The translations under genes were made by a program, and so were the position numbers. A stretch of 64,000 nucleotides of DNA from NCBI GenBank assembly GCA_049975205.1, contig JBNGDL010000002.1, positions 132,498-196,497 of the forward strand, in the 5' to 3' direction. Positions 7,847 through 17,624 of the stretch are shown one piece after another (the first letter of the stretch is position 1; each line of letters starts with the position of its first letter). Source of the DNA: Anaerolineae bacterium. GTDB lineage: Bacteria; Chloroflexota; Anaerolineae; B4-G1; SLSP01. A model generated the notes under the pieces. It was not told the origin of the DNA. It saw only the letters and a program-made list of their open reading frames with translations, and did not search any database.

Positions 7847-10705
7847 ATGCCATCGTTGCTGGTGTTGAGAATCGTACTGGTTGCCGGGGCATTTGTTGCC
7901 GGTGCTGGTGGCTTGCTGTTCGTGGCCAGACGACGGAAGCGCGAAGCTGCTGACATCTTGAGGACGGTACCCGATTCGATTCGACGGCGCCTCGGGCTCC
8001 ACATTGCGTTGATCGTATTGATACCCGTTGTGCTGATCGCAGGTGCTTCGCTGCTTCTCGGGATCCGTGCGAGCGAGCACCGTCTCTTGACGGCTCTGGA
8101 GGCCGCCGCAGAGATGCGCGTCGGCCACATTGAGACCTGGCGGGATGAGCTCCGGCTCGATGTGGCCATGCTGCACGGATTGGAGCTCGATAACCTCCAG
8201 GCACTTCTTTCCTCGCCCCGGGCATCGCAGGAGTTCGAGGACGCTTATGCTGTTGAAAGCCAACGGCTTCTCACTGCGCTCGAACCGCAGGGCAAGCTCG
8301 ACGTCATTGTCCTCGCGGATGCGCAGGGCGAGGTTGTCTTGTCCACAGCCTCATCGGACGAGCAGCCCGACATCAGCAAGGCAGCATTCTTCCCCGCAGG
8401 ATTGGAGAGTCCGTACGTGGGAGCCGTGACCCACTCTATCCTACTGGACGCACCCGCGATCACGGTCGCCATGCCGGTACCAGGCACTGACGGCTCGTTG
8501 GGCATCCTGGTAGGTCAGGCGACGTTAACCCATATTCGGGCGGAGCTCGCGGACCGGGCAGACCTGATCGAGACAGGCGAAGCATACGTCCTTGACGGGG
8601 AGGGGCGGTTCTTGGCGGGCGCGCTAGCCGACTCGATGTCTGCCTTGACCGTGGTCTCTTCCGAGGGCGTCGACAGCCTGCTGAGCTCCCGGCGTGATAC
8701 GAGCGGTCGCTACACCAACTACCGCGACGAGCCTGTGCTGGGCGTCTACCGTTGGCTCCCAGATCTTGAGTTGGCTGTGGTCGTCGAAGCGGAGCGCAAC
8801 GAGATCGTTTCGATGGCCCTACCAACGACGGGCTACACGTTGGCAATAGCCGTGGTCTCCCTGGCGCTGGCCCTCCTCGGAGGCGCTCTTGTCGCCGATG
8901 CCGTGTCGCGTCCGATTTCTGAAATGGCTGAAGCGGCGACCCGGTTTGCTCAAGGCGACCTGACTGCGACCATACCGATAGAGCGGCAGGATGAGCTTGG
9001 GCAGATGGCACTCGCGATCAATGAGATGGCGGAGCGTCTCCGTGAGACGGTGAGCGACCTGGAGGCACGTGTGGCTGACCGCACAGCTGACCTCGAACGT
9101 CGGTCGACGCGACTGCAGACGGCGGCGGGCATCGCCAGACAAGCGGCTTCGATCCGGGAGGTAGATGAACTGCTTCGCGTCGTTGCCGATCAGGTTGTGG
9201 AGCGGCTCGGCTTCTACCATGTGGGCGTATACTTGCTGGATTCTGCGCGTCGTCTGGCGGTCCTCCGGGCTTCAGCGGGTGCTGCCGGTGAGCAGCTCTT
9301 GACGCGGGGTTTCCAAGTTGCGATGGACGAGGAGGTTGTGGGGATGGGGAGGGCCATTGCCGCCGCGGCGTCCTCCGGGCGAGCAGCCATTGTTTCGGAC
9401 GTCCTGGTCGACGAGCGGTACTTAGCTGCGGCTGAGCTTCCCGAGACGCTCTCCGAGATGAGTCTGCCGATCAGGGTGCGCGATGAGATCGTTGGTGTCC
9501 TAGATCTACAATCGGATAGCCCGGGGGTCTTCTCCGAAGATGATGTGACCTATCTCCAGACTTTGGGAGACCAGATCGGCCTGGCCGTCGAGAATGCGTG
9601 GCTCTTAGCAGAGACTACGGAACGATTGCGGGAGACAGAGCGATTGGTTCAGGCGCAGCGACGCGAGGGGTGGTGGCAAATGGCGTCAGAGCGCCCGGTT
9701 TGGTCATATGTCTACGATGGCGTAGAGGTCATGTCTGTTGATGAGGCAGCGGCATCGTGGCTCAGTTCGACATCGTCCGAGGATGCTCCAGATGTCGTCC
9801 TACCGATTGGAGAGCGCGGAGATGAAGTTGGCTCTGTGAAGCTCAGACTGCGAGGACGCGATGGGTTGTCGCGCGACCAGATGCAGCTGGCCAGGGCCAT
9901 CATCGGGGAAGCAGGTAGCGCGCTGGAGCGCGCACGGCTCTTCGGCACGACGCAAGCGGCGCTGCAGGAAGCGAGCATTCTGTATCACTGCAGCCGCGCG
10001 ATGATGGGTGCAAACAGTGAACGAGAGGTGGTGTCCGTCATCGCAGATCACGTGGCAACGTCTGATATCGACCGCGTGATACTACTGGCGCGGGAGACCC
10101 TCGTTGACGCCGCACAGCCGACGGTAAGGGTCGTCGCGACCTGGAGCCAGGCTGAGGAAGGCTCCGTCCCGATCGGTCAGCGTTGGCCCCTGGACCGCGT
10201 CCCAGCGGTGGCTGGTGCGACCTCGGGATGCCGAGCGGTGAACGACGTTGCGGCGTCGGAGGTACTGGACTCAGTCTCGCGGGACGTGCTCCTTGAGGAT
10301 ATAGGGGTCAGGAGCGCGTTGATCCTGCCGCTTTCCTTGAATGGAGAGACCTTAAGGTGGTTGATCCTAGGCACCAGTTCTGTCCCCCACACCTTCCGCG
10401 ATTCTGAGATGCGGCTCTACCGCGGACTCGCCGATCAGGCCGCTATCGTGATTCGCAACTTCCAGCTGCTCGAGTTGGCGACTAAGAGAGCCGAGCGCGA
10501 GCGTCGAATCGCTGAGGCCGGCGCCCGCATTCGGCGTTCTACTGATATCCAGACGATACTGCAGACGTCTGTGAGCGAACTGGCCCGTGTTCTGGGGGCC
10601 CGCGAGGGCTCGATTCGTCTACATTCGGACGGCGACCAAGATGGGCCGGTTGATCGGCAGGATGAGCCCACTTCTCTGGAGGCTGGGGCTGATTCCAATG
10701 AATGA
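7847..10705 (+). CDS. Transmembrane double-Cache-like/HAMP sensor with ~3 GAF-like domains, no output domain, protein C
   Basis: TM1 is at the N-terminus. A ~300-aa periplasmic region has Cache-like strings ('VIVLADAQGEVVLSTA', 'YVLDGEGRFLAGA', 'YRDEPVLGVYRWLPDLELAVVVEAE'). TM2 follows, then HAMP ('RPISEMAEAATRFAQGDLTATIP..DELGQMALAINEMAERL') and the S-helix 'LEARVADRTADLERRSTRLQTAA'. The canonical GAF contains 'LGFYHVGVYLLD...LPETLSEMSLPI..IVGVLDLQSDSPGVF'. A W/Y.Y mini-GAF and a third GAF follow, then the shared tail. Confidence 0.75.
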   Translation: MPSLLVLRIVLVAGAFVAGAGGLLFVARRRKREAADILRTVPDSIRRRLGLHIALIVLIPVVLIAGASLLLGIRASEHRLLTALEAAAEMRVGHIETWRDELRLDVAMLHGLELDNLQALLSSPRASQEFEDAYAVESQRLLTALEPQGKLDVIVLADAQGEVVLSTASSDEQPDISKAAFFPAGLESPYVGAVTHSILLDAPAITVAMPVPGTDGSLGILVGQATLTHIRAELADRADLIETGEAYVLDGEGRFLAGALADSMSALTVVSSEGVDSLLSSRRDTSGRYTNYRDEPVLGVYRWLPDLELAVVVEAERNEIVSMALPTTGYTLAIAVVSLALALLGGALVADAVSRPISEMAEAATRFAQGDLTATIPIERQDELGQMALAINEMAERLRETVSDLEARVADRTADLERRSTRLQTAAGIARQAASIREVDELLRVVADQVVERLGFYHVGVYLLDSARRLAVLRASAGAAGEQLLTRGFQVAMDEEVVGMGRAIAAAASSGRAAIVSDVLVDERYLAAAELPETLSEMSLPIRVRDEIVGVLDLQSDSPGVFSEDDVTYLQTLGDQIGLAVENAWLLAETTERLRETERLVQAQRREGWWQMASERPVWSYVYDGVEVMSVDEAAASWLSSTSSEDAPDVVLPIGERGDEVGSVKLRLRGRDGLSRDQMQLARAIIGEAGSALERARLFGTTQAALQEASILYHCSRAMMGANSEREVVSVIADHVATSDIDRVILLARETLVDAAQPTVRVVATWSQAEEGSVPIGQRWPLDRVPAVAGATSGCRAVNDVAASEVLDSVSRDVLLEDIGVRSALILPLSLNGETLRWLILGTSSVPHTFRDSEMRLYRGLADQAAIVIRNFQLLELATKRAERERRIAEAGARIRRSTDIQTILQTSVSELARVLGAREGSIRLHSDGDQDGPVDRQDEPTSLEAGADSNE

Positions 10706-10774
10706 CCCACGGAGATCTGTCAGGATGACCGGTAGCGGCAGGCGCTACGCTTCATCCAGAGAGGGCTGCTTGCG

Positions 10775-12958
10775 ATGATGCCGTGGCGGAGGAGCCTGGC
10801 GTTTCGAGCGCTGCTGGTTCTTGGCGGGTTCTCGCTCTTGGCCCTGAGTGTCGTGGGGGTGGGTGGGTATCTTCTGGGACGCCGGCTGTTGGAAGATGCG
10901 GTGGCGTCCGAAGTCACTCTCGTGGCGCAGTCAAGGGCGGATGAGATCGGTCGATGGTTAGATACCCAAGAGGCCCAACTCCTGACGATCACAGAGGCCC
11001 CATCCGTGCAGACCTGGACGCAGGTCATCAGCACGACCGATGTATCATCCCCAGACTCCCAAGTGGCCTCTGAGGAGCTATCTGCGCACTTGACCACGCT
11101 GGTGGGTCGGCTGCCCGGAATACGCCAGCTGTCTGTGCTGAGCAGCCCTGAGGGACTCGTCTTAGCATCAACGAATCAGGAACTTGAGGGCACGACTATG
11201 GCCACCGATAGGGCCTACACCGAGGGATTGGCGGGGCTCTATCGGAGCAAAGCCTCGGTGGTGCCAACAACGGGGGCGATCATGATGACTATGTCGGCGC
11301 CCCTCAGGAATGCGGCGGGGGACCTTCTTGGGGTCGTCATCATGGGCCTCGACCTAGATTCGATGCAACACTCGATCCTCGACCGTGTTGGACTTCGGAG
11401 TGGATGGGAGCTTTATCTCGTCGACAGCGATGAGCTGCGGGTTGTCGGCCCGAGCACAGCCCCGGGGCTCGGACTGGAGCTGTGGCCTGAGGCGGTCAGT
11501 CTGATTCGCGGAGAGGACGGGGGCACGGGCGTTTACCGGAATCACCAGGACGAGTTGGTCATCGGTACATATAAGGGGATCGAAGCGCTTGACGTGGTGC
11601 TGCTGATTGAAGCTGACTATGCAGCTGCGGTTGGAGACCAGCTTGAGAGACTCCGTCTGAGCATTGTCGGCGGCGGGTTCCTGGTCGTTGTCATTCTTGG
11701 TGTTGGGATCTATCTGTTGAGCCACCACGTTGCCGAGTCATTGGGAGATCTGAGTCGAAGACTCAGCGGTGTAATCGAAGGTGAGATGCGCCCCTTGCCG
11801 GTGCCGTATGCCCTGAGGGAGAACGAGATCGGAAAGGTGATGCGGGCCTACAATGCCATGGTCCGCCATCTTGGTCACCGTAGCGCCGAGATGGAGACGC
11901 AACTCGAGGAGGGCAGGGCCTCGCTGCGTCGACGGTCCCGACAACTTCAGGCAGCCACACGGATCTCCAGCGCCGTCTCAGCCATTCGGGACGTGTCGGC
12001 CCTCCTTGATGAGGCAGTAAGGCTGATACCCGAGACCTTTGACTACGACCACGCCGGCATTTTCCTGATTGATGAGGCGCGAGGGTATGCTCGGCTCCAG
12101 GCGGCGTCCTCGGAAGGGGGACAACGGATGCTGGCGCGCCAGCACGAGCTGCGTCTGGGTCAGGGCATCGTGGGGTCGGTTGCGCAGACCGGAGAGCCCA
12201 GGATCGCGTTGGATGTTGGTGAGGATCCTGTTTTCTTCGATAACCCTGACTTACCCTTGACCCGCTCTGAGATGGCAGTGCCGCTGACGGCTCGTGATCC
12301 GGCTGCTGGAACACGGTCCGTGATTGGGGTGCTTGACGTGCAGTCCAATCGCGCCGGAGCGTTTTCTTCTGAGGATGTTCTAGTGTTGCAGAGTATGGCA
12401 GATCAGGTCGCACTTGCGATCGAGAACGCGCGACTCCTCGAAGAGACCGACCAGGCGATGCGCGAACTCGAGCTACGGTATGGCGAGCGAGCGGCCCTGT
12501 CCTGGTCCCAGCGCTTGGGACGCGGTGGTCCTGGATACAGATATACCGGCGTCGCGGTGGTGCCGCTGGACACAGAGTCCTCTCAGCCTGCAACCAGGGT
12601 GGCCACGATTCGTGAGTGCGGAGATGGCCTTCGTGAACTATGCGCACCGATCCTCATCCGTGACCAGGTGCTGGGTTCAGTCGCGTTTCGGCAGCGGGTC
12701 GACGAGGAGCCGTGGGATGATGAGGATGTCGCTATGGTGAATGCACTCTGCAATCACATCGGTCAGGCCCTAGAACATGCGCGGCTGCTCAATGAAAGCC
12801 AATTTCGGGCACGGCGCGAGCGTCTGCTTGGTGATCTTGCTTCCCGGATGCGCGAGACACTGGACACAGATCTCATCTTGCAGACTGCTATTCGGGAGAT
12901 CGGACAGACGTTGGGTGTTTCGGATATTGAGGTTCGTATGCGCGGGAGCGACCGGTGA
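10775..12958 (+). CDS. Transmembrane double-Cache-like/HAMP sensor with GAF + mini-GAF, no output domain, protein D
   Basis: TM1 is 'LLVLGGFSLLALSVVGVGGYLL'. The Cache-like periplasmic region contains 'LVLASTNQELEG', 'YLVDSDELRVVGP' and 'HQDELVIGTYKGIEALDVVLLIEAD'. TM2 and a HAMP-like segment follow. The canonical GAF contains 'FDYDHAGIFLIDEARGYARLQAASSEGGQRMLARQHELRLGQGIVG..PDLPLTRSEMAVPL..VIGVLDVQSNRAGAF'. The mini-GAF contains 'WSQRLGRGGPGYRYTG'. The tail is 'LASRMRETLDTDLILQTAIREIGQTLGVSDIEVRM'. Confidence 0.75.
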   Translation: MMPWRRSLAFRALLVLGGFSLLALSVVGVGGYLLGRRLLEDAVASEVTLVAQSRADEIGRWLDTQEAQLLTITEAPSVQTWTQVISTTDVSSPDSQVASEELSAHLTTLVGRLPGIRQLSVLSSPEGLVLASTNQELEGTTMATDRAYTEGLAGLYRSKASVVPTTGAIMMTMSAPLRNAAGDLLGVVIMGLDLDSMQHSILDRVGLRSGWELYLVDSDELRVVGPSTAPGLGLELWPEAVSLIRGEDGGTGVYRNHQDELVIGTYKGIEALDVVLLIEADYAAAVGDQLERLRLSIVGGGFLVVVILGVGIYLLSHHVAESLGDLSRRLSGVIEGEMRPLPVPYALRENEIGKVMRAYNAMVRHLGHRSAEMETQLEEGRASLRRRSRQLQAATRISSAVSAIRDVSALLDEAVRLIPETFDYDHAGIFLIDEARGYARLQAASSEGGQRMLARQHELRLGQGIVGSVAQTGEPRIALDVGEDPVFFDNPDLPLTRSEMAVPLTARDPAAGTRSVIGVLDVQSNRAGAFSSEDVLVLQSMADQVALAIENARLLEETDQAMRELELRYGERAALSWSQRLGRGGPGYRYTGVAVVPLDTESSQPATRVATIRECGDGLRELCAPILIRDQVLGSVAFRQRVDEEPWDDEDVAMVNALCNHIGQALEHARLLNESQFRARRERLLGDLASRMRETLDTDLILQTAIREIGQTLGVSDIEVRMRGSDR

Positions 12959-13046
12959 TGGTCGAAGTTCAACCGTTTAGGCGGACGATCTTCTCGGAGA
13001 TTGAGGACGCCGTGACTGGTGTGGACCCGAGACGGGAGGATGTGCT

Positions 13047-14756
13047 ATGCTAGAGCGATTGCGATCGTTCTTCCTTCCTCCGACGTTCGAGAGCGACGAG
13101 AAGACGCGGGAAGCGCATTTGGCCTACCTCGTGGCGTGGCTCTTCGTGATTCTCCCGGCGGCATACGGGCTCTTCCGTCTCCTCTCCGAGACCGAATCCA
13201 CGTCAGCGGTCTTGCCACTGGCGCTATTCGGAGTGAGCGCCATCAGCGGCGTCATTCTCGTCGTGATCCACCGCGGTTCGGTGAAGGTGGCGAGCTGGCT
13301 GCTGGTGATAGCAAGTTGGATAGGCTTCTTGTTGCTCAGCTGGAACCTAGGTGGCGTCCGGGATGCTAGTTACGCCGGTTTGATTCTTGTTATCGTCTTG
13401 GCGGGTCTGCTGCTGGGCGGCACCGCGAGTGCCGTGGTGGTGGCGTTCAGTGTTCTCCTGGGCTGGTTCCTGGTCGATGCCGAAGTATCCGGCATACTGC
13501 CAGCGGACTATGATGCGCCCGCCGACGTGCTTGCGAGTTTCGTAGCGATTTTCACGATGGCTGCTGGATTGGTTGCTGTCGCAAGCCAGGGATTCCGGCG
13601 GTTGTTGACTCGCATTCGTCAGAATGAGCGGCAGTTGGAGATCCGCAACCGGCAGCTTCAGGCGATGCGAGAGTCACTTGAGCAGCGTGTTGCTGAGCGT
13701 ACGTTGGACCTCGATAAACGCTCTCGTTACCTCGAGGCCGCCGCTGAGGTCGCGTACGCTGCGGGCCAGATCTTGGATGTTGAGGACCTGATGCGCGAAT
13801 CGGTCGATCTGATCCGCGACACCTTCGATCTCTACTACGTGGGCCTCTTCCTGGTCGACGGGGCCCGTGACTACGCTGTCCTGCGTGCTGGCACCGGTGA
13901 GGCAGGACGCACGATGCTGGCCCGAGAGCATCGTATTCGCGTCGGACAGGGCATGGTGGGGTGGGCGATCGAGAACAACCAGAGTCGTGTTGCCCAGCAT
14001 GCTGAGGAGGATCGCGTCCGCCTTGTAATGTCTGAGCTGCCTGAGACGCGGGCGGAGGCGGCGCTACCGTTGCGGGCGCGAGGAAACGTTATCGGTGCGC
14101 TCACAGTCCAGAGCGTGGTGCCCGACTACTTCAATGAAGCCACCGTGACGACGCTCCAGACCATGGCGGATCTCCTAGCCATTGCTCTGAACAACGCAGA
14201 GTTGTTTGAGGAGCGTGAGCGGGCAATGGCAGCGGTGCGGCGAGCCTATGGCGAGGTCGCGACGCAAGCGTGGGACGAACTCCTGCGCGCCCAAGATGAT
14301 TGGGGTTACCGCTACACAGACGGTATCGTCCGCCCGTCGGATCAAGTATCGGAGACGGTGCAGGAAGCGCTGCGACGGGGCGAACCGGTCTATGACCTGG
14401 AACAGCGCGCGTCAGAGGTGGCGATTCCTCTGCGAGTGGGTGGGGAGACCATCGGTGCTATCGGCTATCGACGCCGCGCCGAAGAAGGCGCTTGGGAGGA
14501 GGAGGATGTGGCCTTCCTAAGCGCTTTGACGGAGCAGTTGTCGCAAGCTCTTGATAGCGCGCGGCTGTTGGATGAGAGTAGGAAAACCGCGGCCTTGGAG
14601 CAGGCCATCGTCCAGGTCACGTCGCGCATCCGGGCAGAGGTTGAGATCGAGGCTGTCCTGGAGCGGACGCTTGCCGAGTTAGGAGCCGTCCTGGAAGCCG
14701 ACCAAGGCCACGCGCTTCTGACAATCGATGCTGCCTCTGGGGAGGAGACGCGATGA
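13047..14756 (+). CDS. Polytopic (about 6 TM) membrane protein with S-helix, GAF + mini-GAF, no output domain, protein E
   Basis: RBS GGGAGGA sits 6 nt upstream of the ATG. About six hydrophobic helices are followed by a coiled coil 'LEQRVAERTLDLDKRSRYLEAAA' with no HAMP. The canonical GAF contains 'FDLYYVGLFLVDGARDYAVLRAGTGEAGRTMLAREHRIRVGQGMVG...LPETRAEAALPL..VIGALTVQS'. The mini-GAF contains 'WDELLRAQDDWGYRYTDG'. The tail is 'VTSRIRAEVEIEAVLERTLAELGAVLEADQGHALLTI'. Confidence 0.75.
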   Translation: MLERLRSFFLPPTFESDEKTREAHLAYLVAWLFVILPAAYGLFRLLSETESTSAVLPLALFGVSAISGVILVVIHRGSVKVASWLLVIASWIGFLLLSWNLGGVRDASYAGLILVIVLAGLLLGGTASAVVVAFSVLLGWFLVDAEVSGILPADYDAPADVLASFVAIFTMAAGLVAVASQGFRRLLTRIRQNERQLEIRNRQLQAMRESLEQRVAERTLDLDKRSRYLEAAAEVAYAAGQILDVEDLMRESVDLIRDTFDLYYVGLFLVDGARDYAVLRAGTGEAGRTMLAREHRIRVGQGMVGWAIENNQSRVAQHAEEDRVRLVMSELPETRAEAALPLRARGNVIGALTVQSVVPDYFNEATVTTLQTMADLLAIALNNAELFEERERAMAAVRRAYGEVATQAWDELLRAQDDWGYRYTDGIVRPSDQVSETVQEALRRGEPVYDLEQRASEVAIPLRVGGETIGAIGYRRRAEEGAWEEEDVAFLSALTEQLSQALDSARLLDESRKTAALEQAIVQVTSRIRAEVEIEAVLERTLAELGAVLEADQGHALLTIDAASGEETR

Positions 14757-16507
14757 ACGAGCGCGGGCGTCGTCGCTTGGATGGTGTGCGCCAAGCCTGG
14801 CATCGCCTTGTGACGGTCAACGGCTCCGCCGCGACTCACCTCGATGCGGAGAAGGTTCGCAAGGCTGTGCTGCTCAACACCCTGATCGTCGGGGGCTTTG
14901 GTGTGGCGGTGGGCATTACGGTGGCCATTGCGGTCGCTAGCCGTCTTGGGTATCTTGCTTTCTGGGAACAGACTGCGGGGTTCCTGTTTTTCCCCTTCAT
15001 ACTCTTGGCTATCTCGGCTCTAGCCATCACGATGGCCAAGCGCGGGGAAATTGACCGCGCGGCGTGGCTCTACGTATGGGTGACCTTTGTGACAGTTGTC
15101 GCTGCGGCGATCTTGCTAGATGGATACCGTTCGGCGGGTTGGCTGCTGGTGATCTGGCCCGTGGTTCTGGCTGGGACGTTGCTACGGGCCTGGGTAGGCT
15201 TGCTTTCTGCGTTTGGCGCTGTGGCGATCTATGGGGCCGTTGCTGCGGCTCAGGCGGCCGGCGTGTATACGCCAGTCGTGACCACGCCGGCAGGGGGCTT
15301 CCTCTTCTTCGGGCTGTTTTTCGGCTGGTTGATGATCGTGATAGCTGCGGGGCTGGTGACCTACGTCAATGGGACGAGCCTGCATCGCGCTTTGGCCGGG
15401 CTCAGTGAGGCCTCGCGCGACCTGGAGCTCGCCCGTCGGGCGTTGTCAGAAGACATCGCTGTCCAGTCACGGGAGCTGAGAGAGAGAGCCGGGCAATTCC
15501 GGGCGATCGCTGAGCTAGGGCAGGCGACGGCATCCGTGCGCGATGTGGATGAGCTCATGAGCACAGCCGTGAATCTGATCTCTCAGCGGCTGGGTTTCTA
15601 CCACGCAGGCATCTTCCTCTTGGACGCGCCGCGAGAATGGGCTGTCTTGCGTGCTGCGTCCTCTGAGGGCGGCCGGCGCATGCTTGCGCGGCGCCACCGT
15701 CTGCGTGTTGGTGAAGAGGGCATCGTGGGGTACGTGGCCGAGATGGGAATCTCGCGGATCGCATTGGACGTCGACGATGACACTGTATGGGTCAGCAGTC
15801 CGGATCTGCCCGAGACGAAATCGGAGATGGCTCTTCCCTTGATCTCAGGGGATCAGGTGTTGGGGGTTCTGGACATCCAGACGACCGCGGTTGCTGCGTT
15901 CGACGAGGACGATATCGATGTGCTGCAGGTCCTGGCGGATAGTCTCGCTACAGCCATTGCTAATGCTGAGCTGCTAGAAGAAACCCGTGCGGCCATGAGG
16001 CGGCTGGAGCGGTATCAGGAGACCGACGCGGTTCAGGCGTGGCGTCGAGCGTTAGCCCGACGAAACCTGCGTGTTGGGTATAGCTATGTTTCGGGGGAGA
16101 CGACATCATCGCGTCCCGACGAGATAGATCCCGAGGGGACCTGGAAGGGGCTCGTCGGCGTCACCCGTCAAACAACAGAAAGCGGTGAGCACACGTTGCT
16201 GGCGCCGATCACCGTTGGAGGGCGTCGTCTAGGAATGCTGTCCTTCGAGCGGAGCGCGCCCTGGAGCGATGAGGCTGTCCAGCTTGTTGAGGCTGTTCTC
16301 GACCAGCTCGACCTGGCGCTGGATAACGCGCGCCTTCTGGAGGAGACACAACGGACCGCCAGTCAGGAGGCTGCACGTAGCCAGATCGTGGGCAGGATCC
16401 GGGCTTTGACCAGCACCGATGCAATTCTGCGCAGTGCGGCGGAGCAGTTGGGTAAGGCGCTTCACGTCGAACGTAGCCGCATTCAGCTGGTGCAATTCGA
16501 TGACTGA
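14753..16507 (+). CDS. Polytopic (about 6 TM) membrane protein with coiled coil, GAF + mini-GAF, no output domain, protein F
   Basis: ATGA overlap with protein E, and RBS GGGGAGGAG upstream. There are about six hydrophobic helices. The canonical GAF contains 'LGFYHAGIFLLDAPREWAVLRAASSEGGRRMLARRHRLRVGEEGIVG..PDLPETKSEMALPL..VLGVLDIQTTAVAAF'. The mini-GAF contains 'WRRALARRNLRVGYSYVSG'. The tail is 'IVGRIRALTSTDAILRSAAEQLGKALHVERSRIQL'. Confidence 0.75.
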   Translation: MNERGRRRLDGVRQAWHRLVTVNGSAATHLDAEKVRKAVLLNTLIVGGFGVAVGITVAIAVASRLGYLAFWEQTAGFLFFPFILLAISALAITMAKRGEIDRAAWLYVWVTFVTVVAAAILLDGYRSAGWLLVIWPVVLAGTLLRAWVGLLSAFGAVAIYGAVAAAQAAGVYTPVVTTPAGGFLFFGLFFGWLMIVIAAGLVTYVNGTSLHRALAGLSEASRDLELARRALSEDIAVQSRELRERAGQFRAIAELGQATASVRDVDELMSTAVNLISQRLGFYHAGIFLLDAPREWAVLRAASSEGGRRMLARRHRLRVGEEGIVGYVAEMGISRIALDVDDDTVWVSSPDLPETKSEMALPLISGDQVLGVLDIQTTAVAAFDEDDIDVLQVLADSLATAIANAELLEETRAAMRRLERYQETDAVQAWRRALARRNLRVGYSYVSGETTSSRPDEIDPEGTWKGLVGVTRQTTESGEHTLLAPITVGGRRLGMLSFERSAPWSDEAVQLVEAVLDQLDLALDNARLLEETQRTASQEAARSQIVGRIRALTSTDAILRSAAEQLGKALHVERSRIQLVQFDD

Positions 16508-17624
16508 CCTGCGAGATTGGGTGAGGAGGCGCCACGGTCATCGACTGTTGGCTATCTTGGCGATGGTCCTCTGCATTGCCTCGTGCGCATCCGGGCCCAC
16601 GCCACGCCCAGGTGCGCCGACTGGGCGTGCGGACGACGGAGATCGTGGGCCACTGCGGGTGTTTTGGGTGAACAGTTACACGTCGGACGATCGATGGGCC
16701 CTCAGGATCCGTACAGGTATTCTCGAAGCTCTTGCTCGATCGGGGTACAGCGTGGCGGACGACACGCTCTCGTGGGGAACTTACCATCTTGAGGCGTCCG
16801 GTATCGGCGATAGCGCCGAGAGCATGCGGCGCCTGAACGAAGTCACAGAGGTCATAAGGATTCTCCAGCCGGAGATCGTCATCGTGTCAGATGACGAGGC
16901 ATTTCAGTTGATGATGCCGACGTACAGCGACCCCGAGGTCCGATTTGTCTACTGCGGTGTGGGGGCGACGGCGGAGTCGATGTCGTCGTTGCCCGACAAT
17001 GTGTTTGGGGTCCGAGAGCCGGTGCCCGCTGTTGAGACTCTGTCCATGGGTCGGTCGTTGACGGGGGACGAAGGGCGATACCTTCTGATCGGCGACGGCT
17101 CGATTACGGGACAGATCGTGACAGCTAGGGCCTATAACGAACTGGCGCGTGAGGCGTCTGATGGCGCCACACCATTCCTGGGTGTGGCGGGCTCTTGGGA
17201 GGAGTGGACGACCCTGGTGCAGAGCCGGTCGGGGGAGGTGGATTTCATCATTGTCACGAGCTACCAACCGCTTATAGATGCACAAGGGGAAGTCGTGACT
17301 GGGCAAGCGATGATGGCATGGATGCTCTCGAATGTGTCGGTTCCTGTCTTTTCGCTCTCGGAGACCTTAGTGATAGATGGGGCTGTGGGCGGACTTGTCT
17401 CCGATGCGTACAAGCAGGGACAGGCCGCCGGCCAGATCGCGGCCCGGTTGGCGCAGCACGGCGGCGTTGAGGCCGATTCGCCTTTAGTGGGGAGCGGCAG
17501 CCGATTGGTACTTAACGCAGCTGCGGCCCGTCACTGGGGCTTGCGCATTCCGGCGTTGTTTCCCATTGCGGCTGAGGTCTATCTCAGTCTGCCTGTCGGG
17601 TATGGAGGACAGCCTGATGCGTGA
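16500..17624 (+). CDS. Solute-binding lipoprotein (ABC-type substrate-binding-like fold, no transporter partner nearby), protein G
   Basis: I place the start at ATG 16500, overlapping the stop of protein F by 8 nt; the listed 16419 start runs inside F. The signal peptide has a lipobox ('RRRHGHRLLAILAMVLCIAS-C-ASG'). The alternating beta/alpha periplasmic-binding-protein style sequence includes 'LRVFWVNSY', 'IVIVSDDEAFQLM', 'FVYCGV' and 'DFIIVTSY', reminiscent of the ABC_sub_bind family. The family assignment comes from memory only. Confidence 0.6.
   Translation: MTDLRDWVRRRHGHRLLAILAMVLCIASCASGPTPRPGAPTGRADDGDRGPLRVFWVNSYTSDDRWALRIRTGILEALARSGYSVADDTLSWGTYHLEASGIGDSAESMRRLNEVTEVIRILQPEIVIVSDDEAFQLMMPTYSDPEVRFVYCGVGATAESMSSLPDNVFGVREPVPAVETLSMGRSLTGDEGRYLLIGDGSITGQIVTARAYNELAREASDGATPFLGVAGSWEEWTTLVQSRSGEVDFIIVTSYQPLIDAQGEVVTGQAMMAWMLSNVSVPVFSLSETLVIDGAVGGLVSDAYKQGQAAGQIAARLAQHGGVEADSPLVGSGSRLVLNAAAARHWGLRIPALFPIAAEVYLSLPVGYGGQPDA

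Noticed and set aside
16419-16499. Upstream extension of the binding-lipoprotein ORF
   Set aside because: It lies inside the 3' end of protein F in another frame. The ATG at 16500 gives a canonical lipoprotein signal peptide.
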